Assembly: GCA_963699835.1 (NCBI GenBank)
Contig: CAVOVJ010000005.1
Span: forward strand, 9,939 to 73,938
Length of the DNA stretch: 64,000 nt
Direction of reading: 5' to 3'
Source: an uncultured Gammaproteobacteria bacterium
GTDB taxonomy: Bacteria > Pseudomonadota > Gammaproteobacteria > Steroidobacterales > BM003
The position numbers and the translations under genes were made by a program. Position 1 is the stretch's first letter. Each line of letters begins with the position of its first letter. The notes beneath the pieces were generated by a model that worked only from the letters and a program-made list of their open reading frames with translations, searched no databases and was not told the origin of the DNA. Positions 34,779 to 44,556 of this stretch are shown here, piece by piece.

Positions 34779-35182
34779 GCGATGCCGTCGCATGCATCGT
34801 CGTCGTCATTGATTCGCCATGGCGGATGGCGCCGGTTGTCGCCACCATGGTAAAGACAAATCGGGTTGCCGTCGGGATCGTGCAGGCGTGCCTCGCGCCA
34901 TAGCCAGCGCTGCTCCTTCGGGGCGCTGTCGAATTGCACGCCGGCCTCGTTCAAGTCGCGATGGCGCTGATCGAGATCGGTGCATTCGAAATAGATCAGC
35001 GTGGTCGCCGGCGTCGTGATGGCATCGACCTGATGTATCGAAAACGTCGCGCAACCTTGCGGACATTCGAAACGGACGTAGCGTGGCGCGCTGTCGACGA
35101 TCAGGCGCAGCCCGAGTCGTTGATAAAACCGCGCTGACCGCTCGACGTCGGTCGAACCAATCGTTACCTGGTTCAGATCCAT
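34775..35182 (-). CDS. VOC (glyoxalase/bleomycin-resistance) family protein
   Basis: MDLNQVTIGSTDVERSARFYQRLGL... and REARLHDPDGNPICLY. Confidence 0.8.
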   Translation of the reverse strand: MDLNQVTIGSTDVERSARFYQRLGLRLIVDSAPRYVRFECPQGCATFSIHQVDAITTPATTLIYFECTDLDQRHRDLNEAGVQFDSAPKEQRWLWREARLHDPDGNPICLYHGGDNRRHPPWRINDDDDACDGIA

Positions 35183-35340
35183 CAGGTCGCTCCCTGGCAG
35201 TTAACCCTAAAGTGGCGGTCGAGGATGCAATCTTGCGCGCGTAACAGGGTGTCGGTTGATTCTCTGGTCGGCATCGCGCGGTGCAACCGTTTCCGCTGCT
35301 ATCGCATCATTCTGAGCAGGCCGTCCGGAGAATCAAGTCC

Positions 35341-36129
35341 ATGCGTATTGTCACAGCAGCGATCCTCGCGTCATGTGCTTGTCTTGCCTCAGCCGCCATG
35401 GTGGCGGATGACGAACTTGGTCGTCTGCTCGATTGCCACGATCGTGCGGTCGGAGGCGCCGCATTGCGCGCATCCGATGCTGTTGCATATACCCTTCGGA
35501 TCGAGGAACCCGGTTTCTCGGTCGATGGCTATTACCGGGCGACCCGGGCCGGCGCGATGCGCATCGACGTTTACGACTCGGGCAGGCGGGTGTTTTCCGA
35601 GGGTTGGGATGGGGAGTTGGGGTGGCAGCGCCGCGCGGGCGATGCGGAGCCCGTACCGATCAGTCGTTCCGGAGCTGCGGCACTGATTCATGGAATTGAG
35701 AGCCCCGGTCATTTGTGGACGCTTGCCGATATGACACGAAACGGTCACCGGCTGGAACTCGATCCGCCGGAAATTCTGGACGGGCGGGCGATGGCCGTAG
35801 TCAGGCTCACCCTGGACGACGGTTTCGAGACCGTCTACCTGCTCGATCCGGACAGCTGCCTGATACGACAAAGTCGAAATCTGCGCGCCTTCCATCCGGA
35901 CAACGACCCGCGCCCGCAACGCATCGCTACTTTCTACGCTGATTATCGCAGGGTCGACGGCATAAGCCGTGCTTTTCTCACGCGCAATGTGGATATCGAC
36001 AGCGGCGAAACTCTGGCGACTACCCGGGTTATTCTATTTACCGCTGCGCCGAAACTACATGCCGACGAGATGCAGGGTACTGCCGACATGCAGTGGTCGG
36101 GGGTGCCGGTCTCCGCAGAGGCCGACTGA
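35341..36129 (+). CDS. Secreted hypothetical protein
   Basis: ATG 35341 (MRIVTAAILASCACLASAAMVA signal peptide). 262 aa, high GC3. Family not recognised. Confidence 0.6.
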   Translation: MRIVTAAILASCACLASAAMVADDELGRLLDCHDRAVGGAALRASDAVAYTLRIEEPGFSVDGYYRATRAGAMRIDVYDSGRRVFSEGWDGELGWQRRAGDAEPVPISRSGAAALIHGIESPGHLWTLADMTRNGHRLELDPPEILDGRAMAVVRLTLDDGFETVYLLDPDSCLIRQSRNLRAFHPDNDPRPQRIATFYADYRRVDGISRAFLTRNVDIDSGETLATTRVILFTAAPKLHADEMQGTADMQWSGVPVSAEAD

Positions 36130-36152
36130 GATCCGGGCTGGACCGACGTCCC

Positions 36153-36857
36153 TCAAGCGGCGTCGTCGTTCCCGCCGAGCCAGCGATAGAAGCCGCCGGC
36201 AAACAGCGCACCGAAGATCGGTGCAATCCAGAACAGCCACAATTGCGACAGCGCCCAGCCACCCACGAACAGTGCCGGACCGGTGCTGCGCGCAGGGTTG
36301 ACCGAAGTGTTGGTGACCGGAATGCTGACCAGGTGGATCAGGGTCAGGCACAGGCCGATCGCAATCGGCGCCAGGCCAGCGGGGGCACGCGGATCGGTGG
36401 CGCCGAGAATGACGACAAGAAAAACGAATGTCATCACGATCTCGCTGGTCATGCCGGCGGTCAGCGAATAACCGCCGGGGGAATGCGCGCCGTAACCGTT
36501 GGAGGCAAAACCGTCGGCCAGCGAGAACCCCGGTGCGCCGCTTGCGATGACATACAGCACGCCGGCCGCGACGATGGCGCCGATCAACTGGGCCACGATA
36601 TACGGCATCAGTTCCGAAGCCGCGAATCGGCCGCCGGCCCACAGTCCGATCGAGACGGCCGGGTTGAGATGACAGCCGGAGATATGGCCGATGGCGAACG
36701 CCATTGTCAGCACCGTCAATCCGAACGCCAGGGAGACGCCGAGCAGACCGATGCCAGCTTCCGGGAACCCCGCTGCCAGAACCGCACTGCCGCAACCTCC
36801 CAGAACGAGCCAGAATGTGCCGATGAATTCGGCACCGAGTTTATTGGCCATTTTCAC
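36153..36857 (-). CDS. aqpZ: Aquaporin Z
   Basis: Near-collinear with E. coli AqpZ: [37 protein letters not shown] (NPA 1), [11 protein letters not shown] (NPA 2), [12 protein letters not shown]. Confidence 0.95.
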   Translation of the reverse strand: MKMANKLGAEFIGTFWLVLGGCGSAVLAAGFPEAGIGLLGVSLAFGLTVLTMAFAIGHISGCHLNPAVSIGLWAGGRFAASELMPYIVAQLIGAIVAAGVLYVIASGAPGFSLADGFASNGYGAHSPGGYSLTAGMTSEIVMTFVFLVVILGATDPRAPAGLAPIAIGLCLTLIHLVSIPVTNTSVNPARSTGPALFVGGWALSQLWLFWIAPIFGALFAGGFYRWLGGNDDAA

Positions 36858-37157
36858 TGTGATTATTCTCCCGCTTGGGTCAGTAGTTCGTGGGTGAGTT
36901 CTCGCCGCCTGCCAGCAAGCGCAGGTATTCCGGCCACAACCTCGTCTACAAGGGTGGGGTGCGCTCCAGGCTGGTCAGGCTGTCATCGAGACTGACCCAT
37001 TGGCGGGCACTCGCGCAACCGGGGATTACCGAACTTTCGGTCTGGTCATCGAACCTCATCGCGGCGGTGCCCCGATTACCAGAATCGCTCATCGCCTGGC
37101 ACCAGGCAGACAAGCCTTGGCCCGGCGGGCTGAAGCGCGCGCTATCGCGGCACGCCG

Positions 37158-37703
37158 CTACGGATCCGAGCGAGTGTGGTCATCGCCAAGGCGGCATGCG
37201 TACCAGGCGATGTCCCAGTATCTGTCAAACTTGAAACCCGCTTCCGGAAACGTGCCGACATGGCGAAAGCCGATGGATTCATGCAACCTGACAGACGCGT
37301 CGTTTGGCAGCGCAATTCCGGCGAAGGCCTGGTGCACGCCGGTTCCTGCAAGCGCCGCGAACAGTGCATCGTAGAGCATCACGCCGAGTCCACGGCGGGC
37401 GTATTCGGGCGCCAGATAAACCGTTGTCTCGACTGAGCAGTCATAGGCCGGCTTGGGCCGCAAGCGCTGGCTGCTCGCATAACCGGCAATTACACCGGCG
37501 ACTTCGGCGAGCAGCAGACGATGGCGGCCGGTCGCGGCGAAGCCGTTCAACCATGGCCGGCGTTGCTTCACGGTAAACGTTTTCGTGTCGAACGTGACAT
37601 GGCTGTTGACTACGAAATAGTTGTAGATCGCGACGAGCCGCGGAAGATCCTGATCACGCGCCGCGCGAATCTGCGTCGCGGACATGGCGGAAATATCAGC
37701 CAT
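37158..37703 (-). CDS. GNAT N-acetyltransferase, phosphinothricin/MnaT-like
   Basis: IRAARDQDLPRLVAIYNYFVVNSHVTFD, YLAPEYARRGLGVMLYDAL, NDASVRLHESIGFRHVGTF. Confidence 0.8.
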   Translation of the reverse strand: MADISAMSATQIRAARDQDLPRLVAIYNYFVVNSHVTFDTKTFTVKQRRPWLNGFAATGRHRLLLAEVAGVIAGYASSQRLRPKPAYDCSVETTVYLAPEYARRGLGVMLYDALFAALAGTGVHQAFAGIALPNDASVRLHESIGFRHVGTFPEAGFKFDRYWDIAWYACRLGDDHTRSDP

Positions 37704-37908
37704 CGTTGCGGCTCGCAGACCCGGCGGGCGAAGAAGTGGCGGCGGCGAAGAAAAGCGGCTTGCCGTTCTTCATTTGATATGGCGCGTCGAGATAAATATT
37801 ACCGGGCACATCACGGACTACTACGAGTGCCTGCGAGTAGGTGAGGAGAATCTCGCGCGAACGCGCAAAAATCTTTGCAAATTCCGCATGCGGCGTTGCA
37901 GCAGGCAT
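37696..37908 (-). CDS. Small hypothetical protein (weak DUF1801-like N-terminal similarity)
   Basis: 70 aa. The stop overlaps the GNAT start (ATGGCTGA). The YLDAPYQMKNGKPLFFAAA block resembles YdhG/DUF1801 proteins but the ORF is short. Confidence 0.4.
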   Translation of the reverse strand: MPAATPHAEFAKIFARSREILLTYSQALVVVRDVPGNIYLDAPYQMKNGKPLFFAAATSSPAGSASRNDG

Positions 37909-37919
37909 CGTTTCGGAGC

Positions 37920-38579
37920 TCAGCCAGCGCCGGCTTCGTCCTCCTCGATGATCTCCGTTTCGAGTGCGCTGTCCGAATACCAGGCGCGTACGTCCGCATC
38001 ATCGAGCACCGTTTGCATGTACGCCGTGGCGGTTTCATTGCAGGCGACGTCATAGGTGTGAAACCGCGATGCGACCGGTGCAAACATTGCGTCCGCGATG
38101 GAGAAATCTCCGAACAACCACGGACCGTCCGCGGATCTCCAGTTTTCCCGGCAGTCGGTCCAGATCGCTTCAACCCGGCGAATATCGGCTGCGATGCCAG
38201 CGGAAATCGCGACCCGACGCCCGCTTGCCCGGCAATTCATTGGCAAGGCAGAACGCAAAGCCATGAAGCCGGAGTGCATTTCTGCCGCGACCGAGCGGGC
38301 GCGTGCCCGGGCTTTGCGTTCGGCCGGCCACAAGGCGGAATGTCTCTCAGCCAGGTATTCGCAAATGGCGAGCGTATCCCAGATCGCAAACCCGTCTTCG
38401 ACGTAGACAGGTACCTTCGCAGCCGGCGAGTAGGACAATAGTATCTCGCGGAATCCCGGCTCGAACAGCGCCACTCTGACCTCATCGAATACCATCCCCG
38501 TTTTGGTCGCTGCGAGCCACGCTCGCAGCGACCATGAAGAGTAGTTCTTGTTGCCAATTATCAGTTCGGGCGTGCTCAT
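37920..38579 (-). CDS. Glutathione S-transferase (YfcF-like)
   Basis: GGAGG SD before ATG 38579. LIIGNKNYSSWSLRAWL, KVPVYVEDGFAIWDTLAICEYL, FSIADAMFAPVASRF. Confidence 0.85.
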   Translation of the reverse strand: MSTPELIIGNKNYSSWSLRAWLAATKTGMVFDEVRVALFEPGFREILLSYSPAAKVPVYVEDGFAIWDTLAICEYLAERHSALWPAERKARARARSVAAEMHSGFMALRSALPMNCRASGRRVAISAGIAADIRRVEAIWTDCRENWRSADGPWLFGDFSIADAMFAPVASRFHTYDVACNETATAYMQTVLDDADVRAWYSDSALETEIIEEDEAGAG

Positions 38580-38661
38580 GGCGGCCTCCATTCAGATCGA
38601 TAACCATTGTGTCAACCATGCGGAATTGCGCGCCGCGCCCGGGTTCCGCTTCGGGCCGCAG

Positions 38662-39435
38662 TCAGTGGCGATAATGAGATCGGCCGGAACGGCTGTCGCT
38701 GCGCAGTATTCTGATCAGGCGTTTCATCGGTGCAATAAAATGGCCCTGGAAGTTCTTCCGGTCCGCAGCCGTAAAGTGGCGCAGATGGTGCAACGACTCG
38801 AGGTCGACCCCTTCGTTGGCACTGCTGATCGATGGCCAGTGCTGCTCGAATTCCTCCCCGATCTCGGCCAGGTAATGATCCGCTTTGACAATGAAATGCT
38901 GGAGATTCCGGGCATTCGGAAATGCCTTCGGATGCGCGCTGAAATGCTGGCTGGCGTGGCGCAGGCGTTCAAGCTGCTTCTGCAGCGCGGTCATTTGCTC
39001 ACGGTACAACTGGGACTGATCGGGATTCTGCGCGCTTTGGCGGCCAGCAAAGTGGTCGTCCAGTCCGGCTTCCTGCAGCGTCTGGCGTATTTGTTCGATA
39101 TGCCGGCAAATACTGCGCAGCTCTCTCATTACGCGACGGCGATCGTGACGCAGATGGCGGCGCAAGCGCTGGTTGCGAGCCATCGTAACGACAAATGACA
39201 GAAACACCCCGACCAGCGTCAGCAGCACGGCTACCAGGGCCAGTATCCAGTGCTGCTCGAAGCCGGACTCGGGCGATTGGGCTGCGGCCGGACCGACCGC
39301 GAAGAGCAAGCAGGTCAGAGTTGGCCGAATGTCGAAGCGGTGACAGGTCACGCCGCGAGTCCGGCCGCCGGGGCAGGCTGGGTGGACCTGCGCCTCGGTT
39401 GCGGCAGCCCGAGCTTGTCGTCGCGCCAGACCCAT
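38662..39435 (-). CDS. Membrane-anchored hypothetical protein (coiled-coil)
   Basis: Hydrophobic LTCLLFAVGPAAA and WILALVAVLLTLVGVFLSFVV segments, then a Q/R/H-rich helical region. Start is uncertain (ATG 39435, GTG 39351 or 39573). Confidence 0.5.
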   Translation of the reverse strand: MGLARRQARAAATEAQVHPACPGGRTRGVTCHRFDIRPTLTCLLFAVGPAAAQSPESGFEQHWILALVAVLLTLVGVFLSFVVTMARNQRLRRHLRHDRRRVMRELRSICRHIEQIRQTLQEAGLDDHFAGRQSAQNPDQSQLYREQMTALQKQLERLRHASQHFSAHPKAFPNARNLQHFIVKADHYLAEIGEEFEQHWPSISSANEGVDLESLHHLRHFTAADRKNFQGHFIAPMKRLIRILRSDSRSGRSHYRH

Positions 39436-39672
39436 GGATTGTCCACTGTTCCCGGCCTGCGCTACATTTGCAGGCCCTCCGCGGCAGGTGTTGTGCTGCA
39501 AAAACTTGCGGCTATTGCACGCGGGGTTGGCGCCTGGCGCCGCAGTATGCTGTTTGCGTTCGATCATGACCACCCGTCTCTCATTCGCGGCGGCAGCGAG
39601 TCGGGTTTGCGCGGGTCATTGAGCGGATAGGTCCACAGCATCGTGTTGCGGGCCCGCGAAAAGGAGCACCCC

Positions 39673-39837
39673 ATGCCTGCGCCCGAAGGAATTTCAGGAT
39701 ACTGCGTAAAGGACCGTGTTTGCGCCGTGGGAAATCCGTATGGCATCGCTATTGGTGGCAATCCGGCCGCGGCCACCGGCAGACAAGTCTTTCCCGAGGT
39801 TCACTTTAGCCTTTCCTCACCGGTGTCCGTACGGTAA
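39673..39837 (+). CDS. Orphan small ORF (54 aa) with a canonical SD
   Basis: AAGGAG 6 nt before ATG 39673. Product MPAPEGISGYCVKDRVCAVGNPYGIAIGGNPAAATG.... GC3 is lower than in neighbouring genes. Confidence 0.25.
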   Translation: MPAPEGISGYCVKDRVCAVGNPYGIAIGGNPAAATGRQVFPEVHFSLSSPVSVR

Positions 39838-39992
39838 TTCTGTACCCGATATGCGGCGGCAGGATCGGATGTCTCTGCCGCTATTGCAGACTATAGCTAA
39901 AGAAGATGATTATTCGAGCCGTTCAGCGCGTTGCGAAACGCTCGGCCCCGGGTCGTTGCAATGGCGCCAATCCAGCCGGCTTCGATACTCGA

Positions 39993-40970
39993 TCAGAACC
40001 ACTTTTTGCTGCGGAACCACACGATCTGGGCGGCAACCACGGCCACTAAAAACAACACGAAAATCAGAAATGCGAACGGATACTCGGCGCCTGGAATACC
40101 ACCGACGTTGATGCCGAGGAGGCCTGTCAGTGTTCCGAGAGGTAAAAATATCGCGGCAACGATCGACAGCACGTACATGCGGCTGTTCATTTGTTCGGCA
40201 ATGTGGTTGGTCAGCTCCTCCTGGGTGACACCGGCCCTTTCGCGCAATGCGTCGATATCCTCGATATGGCGAATCAGGCTGTCGGTAATCGCCCGGATAT
40301 TCAGGCGGTCCGCGTCTGATATCCAGTTGATATTCTCCATCGGTAGCCGATTAAGCGCTTCTCTTTGCGGTGCCAGGAAGCGCCTGACTGCTATCGCCTC
40401 CCGGCGCAGATCGGACAGGCCGCGGCGCAGGTCGGAGTCTGGGCCGTCCAGCGAGCGAGTCTCCAGATCCGCAACAGTATCCTCGAACTGGTCCACCATT
40501 TCGCCTATGCGCCAGACGATTCGCGAACATAGCGCGGAAACCAGTTGTGCTGGGCCGGTCGGGCCCTGGTTTGACTTCAACGCGGAGACCAGATCGGCAG
40601 TCGACAGCATTGGCCGCCGCTCGGTGCTGATTACCCGGGTTTCATCGACCCAGAGCCTGATTGAGACCATGTCTTCCGGATCCTGCCCCGGGTTGTGATT
40701 AATGCCGCGCAACGATAGATGCAGGCCTTTATCGATGACAGTGACACGTGGCCGGGTCTCGTCGCTCAACAGGGCCTCCACGACAATCGGGGGCACGTCG
40801 GAGCAACCCTGCAGCCACTGGCCCGCCTCGGCGGAGGAGAAGTCCAGGCGCAGCCAGAGGACACCGTCTTCCGGCCGCCACGCCCGTGCTTGCTCGGCAC
40901 TGAGTTCGCGCGCCGCGCCGGCGCCGTCGAGTAGCAGCGCATGGAGCAGGCCTTCGCGTGATTCGCTCAT
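39993..40970 (-). CDS. zntB: CorA-family divalent-cation transporter, ZntB-like
   Basis: 325 aa. C-terminal YVLSIVAAIFLPLGTLTGLLGINVGGIPG followed by a second TM. Confidence 0.75.
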   Translation of the reverse strand: MSESREGLLHALLLDGAGAARELSAEQARAWRPEDGVLWLRLDFSSAEAGQWLQGCSDVPPIVVEALLSDETRPRVTVIDKGLHLSLRGINHNPGQDPEDMVSIRLWVDETRVISTERRPMLSTADLVSALKSNQGPTGPAQLVSALCSRIVWRIGEMVDQFEDTVADLETRSLDGPDSDLRRGLSDLRREAIAVRRFLAPQREALNRLPMENINWISDADRLNIRAITDSLIRHIEDIDALRERAGVTQEELTNHIAEQMNSRMYVLSIVAAIFLPLGTLTGLLGINVGGIPGAEYPFAFLIFVLFLVAVVAAQIVWFRSKKWF

Positions 40971-41004
40971 GATTAATGCTCCCGTTTTGTTCGGGCCGGC
41001 GTGA

Positions 41005-42424
41005 TCAATCCGGCGCCTGCCAGCCGCCGCTTGCGGATTCGATCAGCTCGGCGGCCCGCAAAGCCAACTCATCCTGCCACGGCCGGGCCACGAGCTGAAC
41101 TCCTATTGGCAGACCACGCCCATCGCTACCCGCCCGGACCACTACACTGGGCCAGCCGGTCAGGTTGAACGCCTGCGTGTAACCGAAAGCCGGGCGGTTT
41201 TCCACGCCGATGAGGCGGTCATGTGGCATCGCGGCAAACGGGTGAACCGGGGCAAGGATCAAATCAAAATCCTGCATGAACCCCCGCATGCCCGAACGAA
41301 ACCGCTCGAGGTCGAGTAGCAGCGCACTGAAATCGGAGGCGCTGGCGCTGGGGCCGGTCAACTGCGTGGTCGGTCCAGCCGAGGGCCGGGGATTTGTTGC
41401 GGGTACCGACATTATCGAGTATCCGCCGGATCCATGCCCCGCCGTCGATGGCGAAAACCCGCCCGAACAGAGCGCGCGCCGCACCGATCGGTTGCGGACG
41501 TCTGTTGGTCAAATCTGCTCCGTGGCTGGCGAAAATGTCGGCGCACCGGCGAACTGTGCCGACGACGTCGTCGCCCGCGGCAAGGTCACCGTTATCGCAA
41601 AACCAGGCGATACGGCAATTCTCAATTGCCCCACTGCAAATGGTTTCCGGCAGCTGCGGCAAAACAGAACCATCGTGCCAGTCCGGACCTTGCATCAACC
41701 CGAGAAGCAGGCGCAGGTCGGCAACGGTTCTCGTTATCGGCCCGACCTGCGTCAACGCATCTACCGGCGTTCCGGCAGGTATGACCAGTCCCGTCCTGGG
41801 AACCAGCCCGGCGCTCGGCTTGATGCCCGCAATGCCACAGAAATGCGCTGGCAGACGAATGCTGCCCCCGGTATCGCTGCCAATGTCAAACGCCGCGCCG
41901 CCGGCTGCGACGATAGCAGCCGCGCCACCGCTGCTTCCGCCGGGAGAACAGGACGGGTCGTAAGGGTTATAGCTGCGCCCGAACAGCAGGTTATCTGTGC
42001 CATAGGACAGCGTCAGTTCGGGCGTATTGGTCTTACCAATCAAAATCGCACCGGCGTCGAGAACCCGTTGCACGACCGTGGCGTTAGCCGGGGGGACGCG
42101 CAGCGCCCAGCCCTCGGTGGCCGCCGTCGTGCGCACGCCGGCCGTGTCGAATCCGTCTTTTATCGTAAATGGCACGCCATGCAACGGGCCAATCGGGCCA
42201 GAGCGGGCGAGCACCTTGTCGGCATCGTGCGCTTTTTGCAATGCGTCCTCATCGCAACGTGTAACGACCGCGTTCAGCAGCGGGTTGACCTCGTCAATTC
42301 GCGCGATATGACGCTCGATGAGTTCGATGACACTGATTTCACGGTTGCGGATGTAACCCGCCAGTGCCAGCGCCGAGGCGAAAATTGGCTCGGATGGCCG
42401 CTTTTTTGTGCTGTATGCCTGTCG
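41005..42424 (-). CDS. Amidase (amidase-signature family); two frame breaks as sequenced (~41360-41385 and the A6 run at ~42390-42398)
   Basis: GPLHGVPFTIKD and GGSSGGAAAIVAAGGAAFDIGSDTGGSIRLPA (AS signature) in ORF 41264..42241. The C-terminus continues in ORF 41005..41484 (TQLTGPSASASDF...GLPIGVQLVARPWQDE). The N-terminal 50 aa (EPIFASALALAGYIRNREISVIELIERHIARIDEVNPLLNAVV) have no in-frame start unless one A is removed, which links them to GTG 42424. Confidence 0.8.
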
Positions 42425-42497
42425 ATGGGTTCACTTGGTTGGGTCCGCTGGCTGGAGAGGAAGGGCAGGGGTGGCGGCGCAGCTGTTGGCGGCTACG

Positions 42498-42998
42498 TCA
42501 CTCGCCGTCCCAGTAGTCTTCCATGCTCGCCTGATCGCGTACGATGAAACGCAGCATCTGCGCCCGGCCGTCTTCACCCGCAGGTACACGCGCGAGCAGG
42601 CCGTATTTACCGGAGTCCGGGTACTCGGCAAGTTCCGGAGACTCCTGGGTACTGATCGCAAGATAACGCAAATCCGCGGTTGCGCTGGTATTGACCAGCT
42701 GATGCGCGGTTTCCGCTCCGCCGGGCGGGCAGGCAACAAAATCGCCGGTCCGAACGGCATGGCGCTCCGCGCCGATACGGATTTCGCCATGGCCTTCGAG
42801 AACAAAAAACAGCTCTTCATTGACACGATGGCTATGAAACGGCCATGCGCGTTTTCCCGGCGGCACAACAGTAACGTTGTACCCGAGTTTTGTCGCCCCG
42901 ATGCGGGCGCCGACGGCTCCGATCCGGGCCGCGAAACGCTCGCCGTGTCCCCACGGATGGTATTCGAGTTGATCCATGTTGATGATTGGTCCGGTCAT
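42498..42998 (-). CDS. Cupin domain protein
   Basis: PGKRAWPFHSHRVNEELFFVLEGHGEIRIG...GDFVACPPG. Confidence 0.8.
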   Translation of the reverse strand: MTGPIINMDQLEYHPWGHGERFAARIGAVGARIGATKLGYNVTVVPPGKRAWPFHSHRVNEELFFVLEGHGEIRIGAERHAVRTGDFVACPPGGAETAHQLVNTSATADLRYLAISTQESPELAEYPDSGKYGLLARVPAGEDGRAQMLRFIVRDQASMEDYWDGE

Positions 42999-43244
42999 TG
43001 GGAGCTCTCCGTCAAGTGGCAGGCTCCTGGTTGCGCCAGGATGTTGCGCGGGCTGCCCGCGCCCCGATAGCGTGTCTGGCGGTCAGGAGCAAAAAATCGT
43101 CCGATGGATCCGGCTGACCCAGGGGCCGTAAGCCGCTGGCGCCAGCCGGTCGTGTCATCAAAGCCGCGCAGTAGCGCGCGACTTTAATAGCAGCGCGCCA
43201 TGGAGACTGATAGCGGTTCCGTGGCGGATGCGCTGCCACGGCAG

Positions 43245-43598
43245 TCAGCCGGCACGTGCCCCGTTGGCAATGGGGGCCTCCGGTGCCGCCAGCACGGGTG
43301 TGAGTCCGTCCGCATAGCCGATGTCGAACAGCATGCCTTCCGATAGCTCGCCAGCCATTTCTCGTGCCGGCAGATTCACGACAAACAGGGCCTGTTGCCC
43401 CACCAGCGCCTGCGGGTCGGATCGCTCCTGGCGGATGCCGGCGAGCACACTGCGAACGTGGTCGCCGAGATCCACGCTCAGTTTCATCAGCTTTCTCGAG
43501 CGCGCAACTTCGTCCACGGCGACAATGGTGCCAACTCTGATATCCAGCTTTTCCAGGTCTGCCACGCTGATTTCTGGTTTGATTTTCGCCGGTGTCAT
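43245..43598 (-). CDS. tRNA-binding domain protein (CsaA/YgjH-like)
   Basis: LDIRVGTIVAVDEVARSRKLMKLSVDLGD...ALFVVNLPAREMAGELSEGMLF. Confidence 0.8.
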   Translation of the reverse strand: MTPAKIKPEISVADLEKLDIRVGTIVAVDEVARSRKLMKLSVDLGDHVRSVLAGIRQERSDPQALVGQQALFVVNLPAREMAGELSEGMLFDIGYADGLTPVLAAPEAPIANGARAG

Positions 43599-43658
43599 CG
43601 CTCGGCTCCTCCGTTAATCGCGCTCGACAATAACAAACCGGATAACGGTACCCTCGCC

Positions 43659-44012
43659 CTAGAGTGCGGACTGGAAAGAGACCTGCAGGCCAGATGGAGC
43701 ATTCAGCGAGTAAATTCTCTCGCCATGCGCATCCATCGGTCCGTGCGGGTCGAGGCCATTGCGCCGTGCGTGTTCGGCAAAGGCATCGGCGTCATCCACG
43801 ACCACCTGGAGCATCACACCGGCGCGCATGTGCGCGCTCTGTTGCCAGATCTCGATCCAGCTGGATCCGGCCGCGAAAATCGCGCCGGAAAACGCATCCT
43901 CAGGGCCGCATTCCGGGCCTGCGCCCCGCGCCAGCCCAAGCGAGTCGAGAAATTTCGACAGCGCTTCGGCCTCCGGCGTAACTGTGCAAAAACGGATTCC
44001 GAGGATCTTCAT
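43659..44012 (-). CDS. VOC family protein
   Basis: 117 aa, MKILGIRFCTVTPEAEALSKFL...WIEIWQ...GERIYSLNAPSGLQV. Confidence 0.65.
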   Translation of the reverse strand: MKILGIRFCTVTPEAEALSKFLDSLGLARGAGPECGPEDAFSGAIFAAGSSWIEIWQQSAHMRAGVMLQVVVDDADAFAEHARRNGLDPHGPMDAHGERIYSLNAPSGLQVSFQSAL

Positions 44013-44082
44013 TATTTGCAGCCTCTGTCACAATCGCCGCGGCTGCAACTCCGGCCGCATATGTCGCATTTTAACTGCGCGC

Positions 44083-44556
44083 TCACAGCCAGCGTCTCAC
44101 CCTTCTGCGATATTCCAGATACGGCGCACCAAAAAGCGCTGCCAGCGCACGTTCCTCCGGTAGAATCTGAAAACGTTGCAGATACCACGGAGCGGTCGGC
44201 CACAAGCCAATAGCGGCAAAATTTTCGAGGTACAGTGCCCAGGCGGCGAGCATCAGCACCATTCCCGCATACATCGGGTTGCGACTGTGGCGGTAGACAC
44301 CTTCCACGACGAGCTCGGATGACCTGTGCGGGCGCAGCGGGTCGACCGTCGTCCTGCTGCGTCGGAACCCGGTTACGCCGAGAAAGCAGAAAATCGCGCC
44401 AGTAATCGCGGCCAGGGCGGCGGCGGGTATCGACCAGTTGGCGCTGTAGGCAAACCCTGGCAGAGCAGTGGTCAACGCCCACATCGCTGCGGCGGCGGCC
44501 AGCATCACCGCGAGCGGTGGAATTTTCAGCTCCAGCGCGTGCATCAGCGAGACCAC
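44083..44556 (-). CDS. Isoprenylcysteine carboxyl methyltransferase (ICMT/PEMT) family membrane protein
   Basis: LVVEGVYRHSRNPMYAGMVLMLAAWAL...EERALAALFGAPYLEYRRRVRRWL. Confidence 0.85.
   Translation of the reverse strand: MVSLMHALELKIPPLAVMLAAAAAMWALTTALPGFAYSANWSIPAAALAAITGAIFCFLGVTGFRRSRTTVDPLRPHRSSELVVEGVYRHSRNPMYAGMVLMLAAWALYLENFAAIGLWPTAPWYLQRFQILPEERALAALFGAPYLEYRRRVRRWL

Noticed and set aside
36946-37092. 48-codon minus-strand ORF upstream of aqpZ (MSDSGNRGTAAMRFDD...)
   Set aside because: GC3 is fairly high, but there is no SD and no recognisable family, and the ORF is below any confident length. The evidence is insufficient.
37158-37908. Small ORF plus overlapping GNAT as a type II toxin-antitoxin pair (GNAT toxin)
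   Set aside because: The GNAT has the phosphinothricin/MnaT-type motifs, not those of a tRNA-acetylating toxin. The upstream ORF resembles a DUF1801 fragment, not an RHH/DUF1778 antitoxin.
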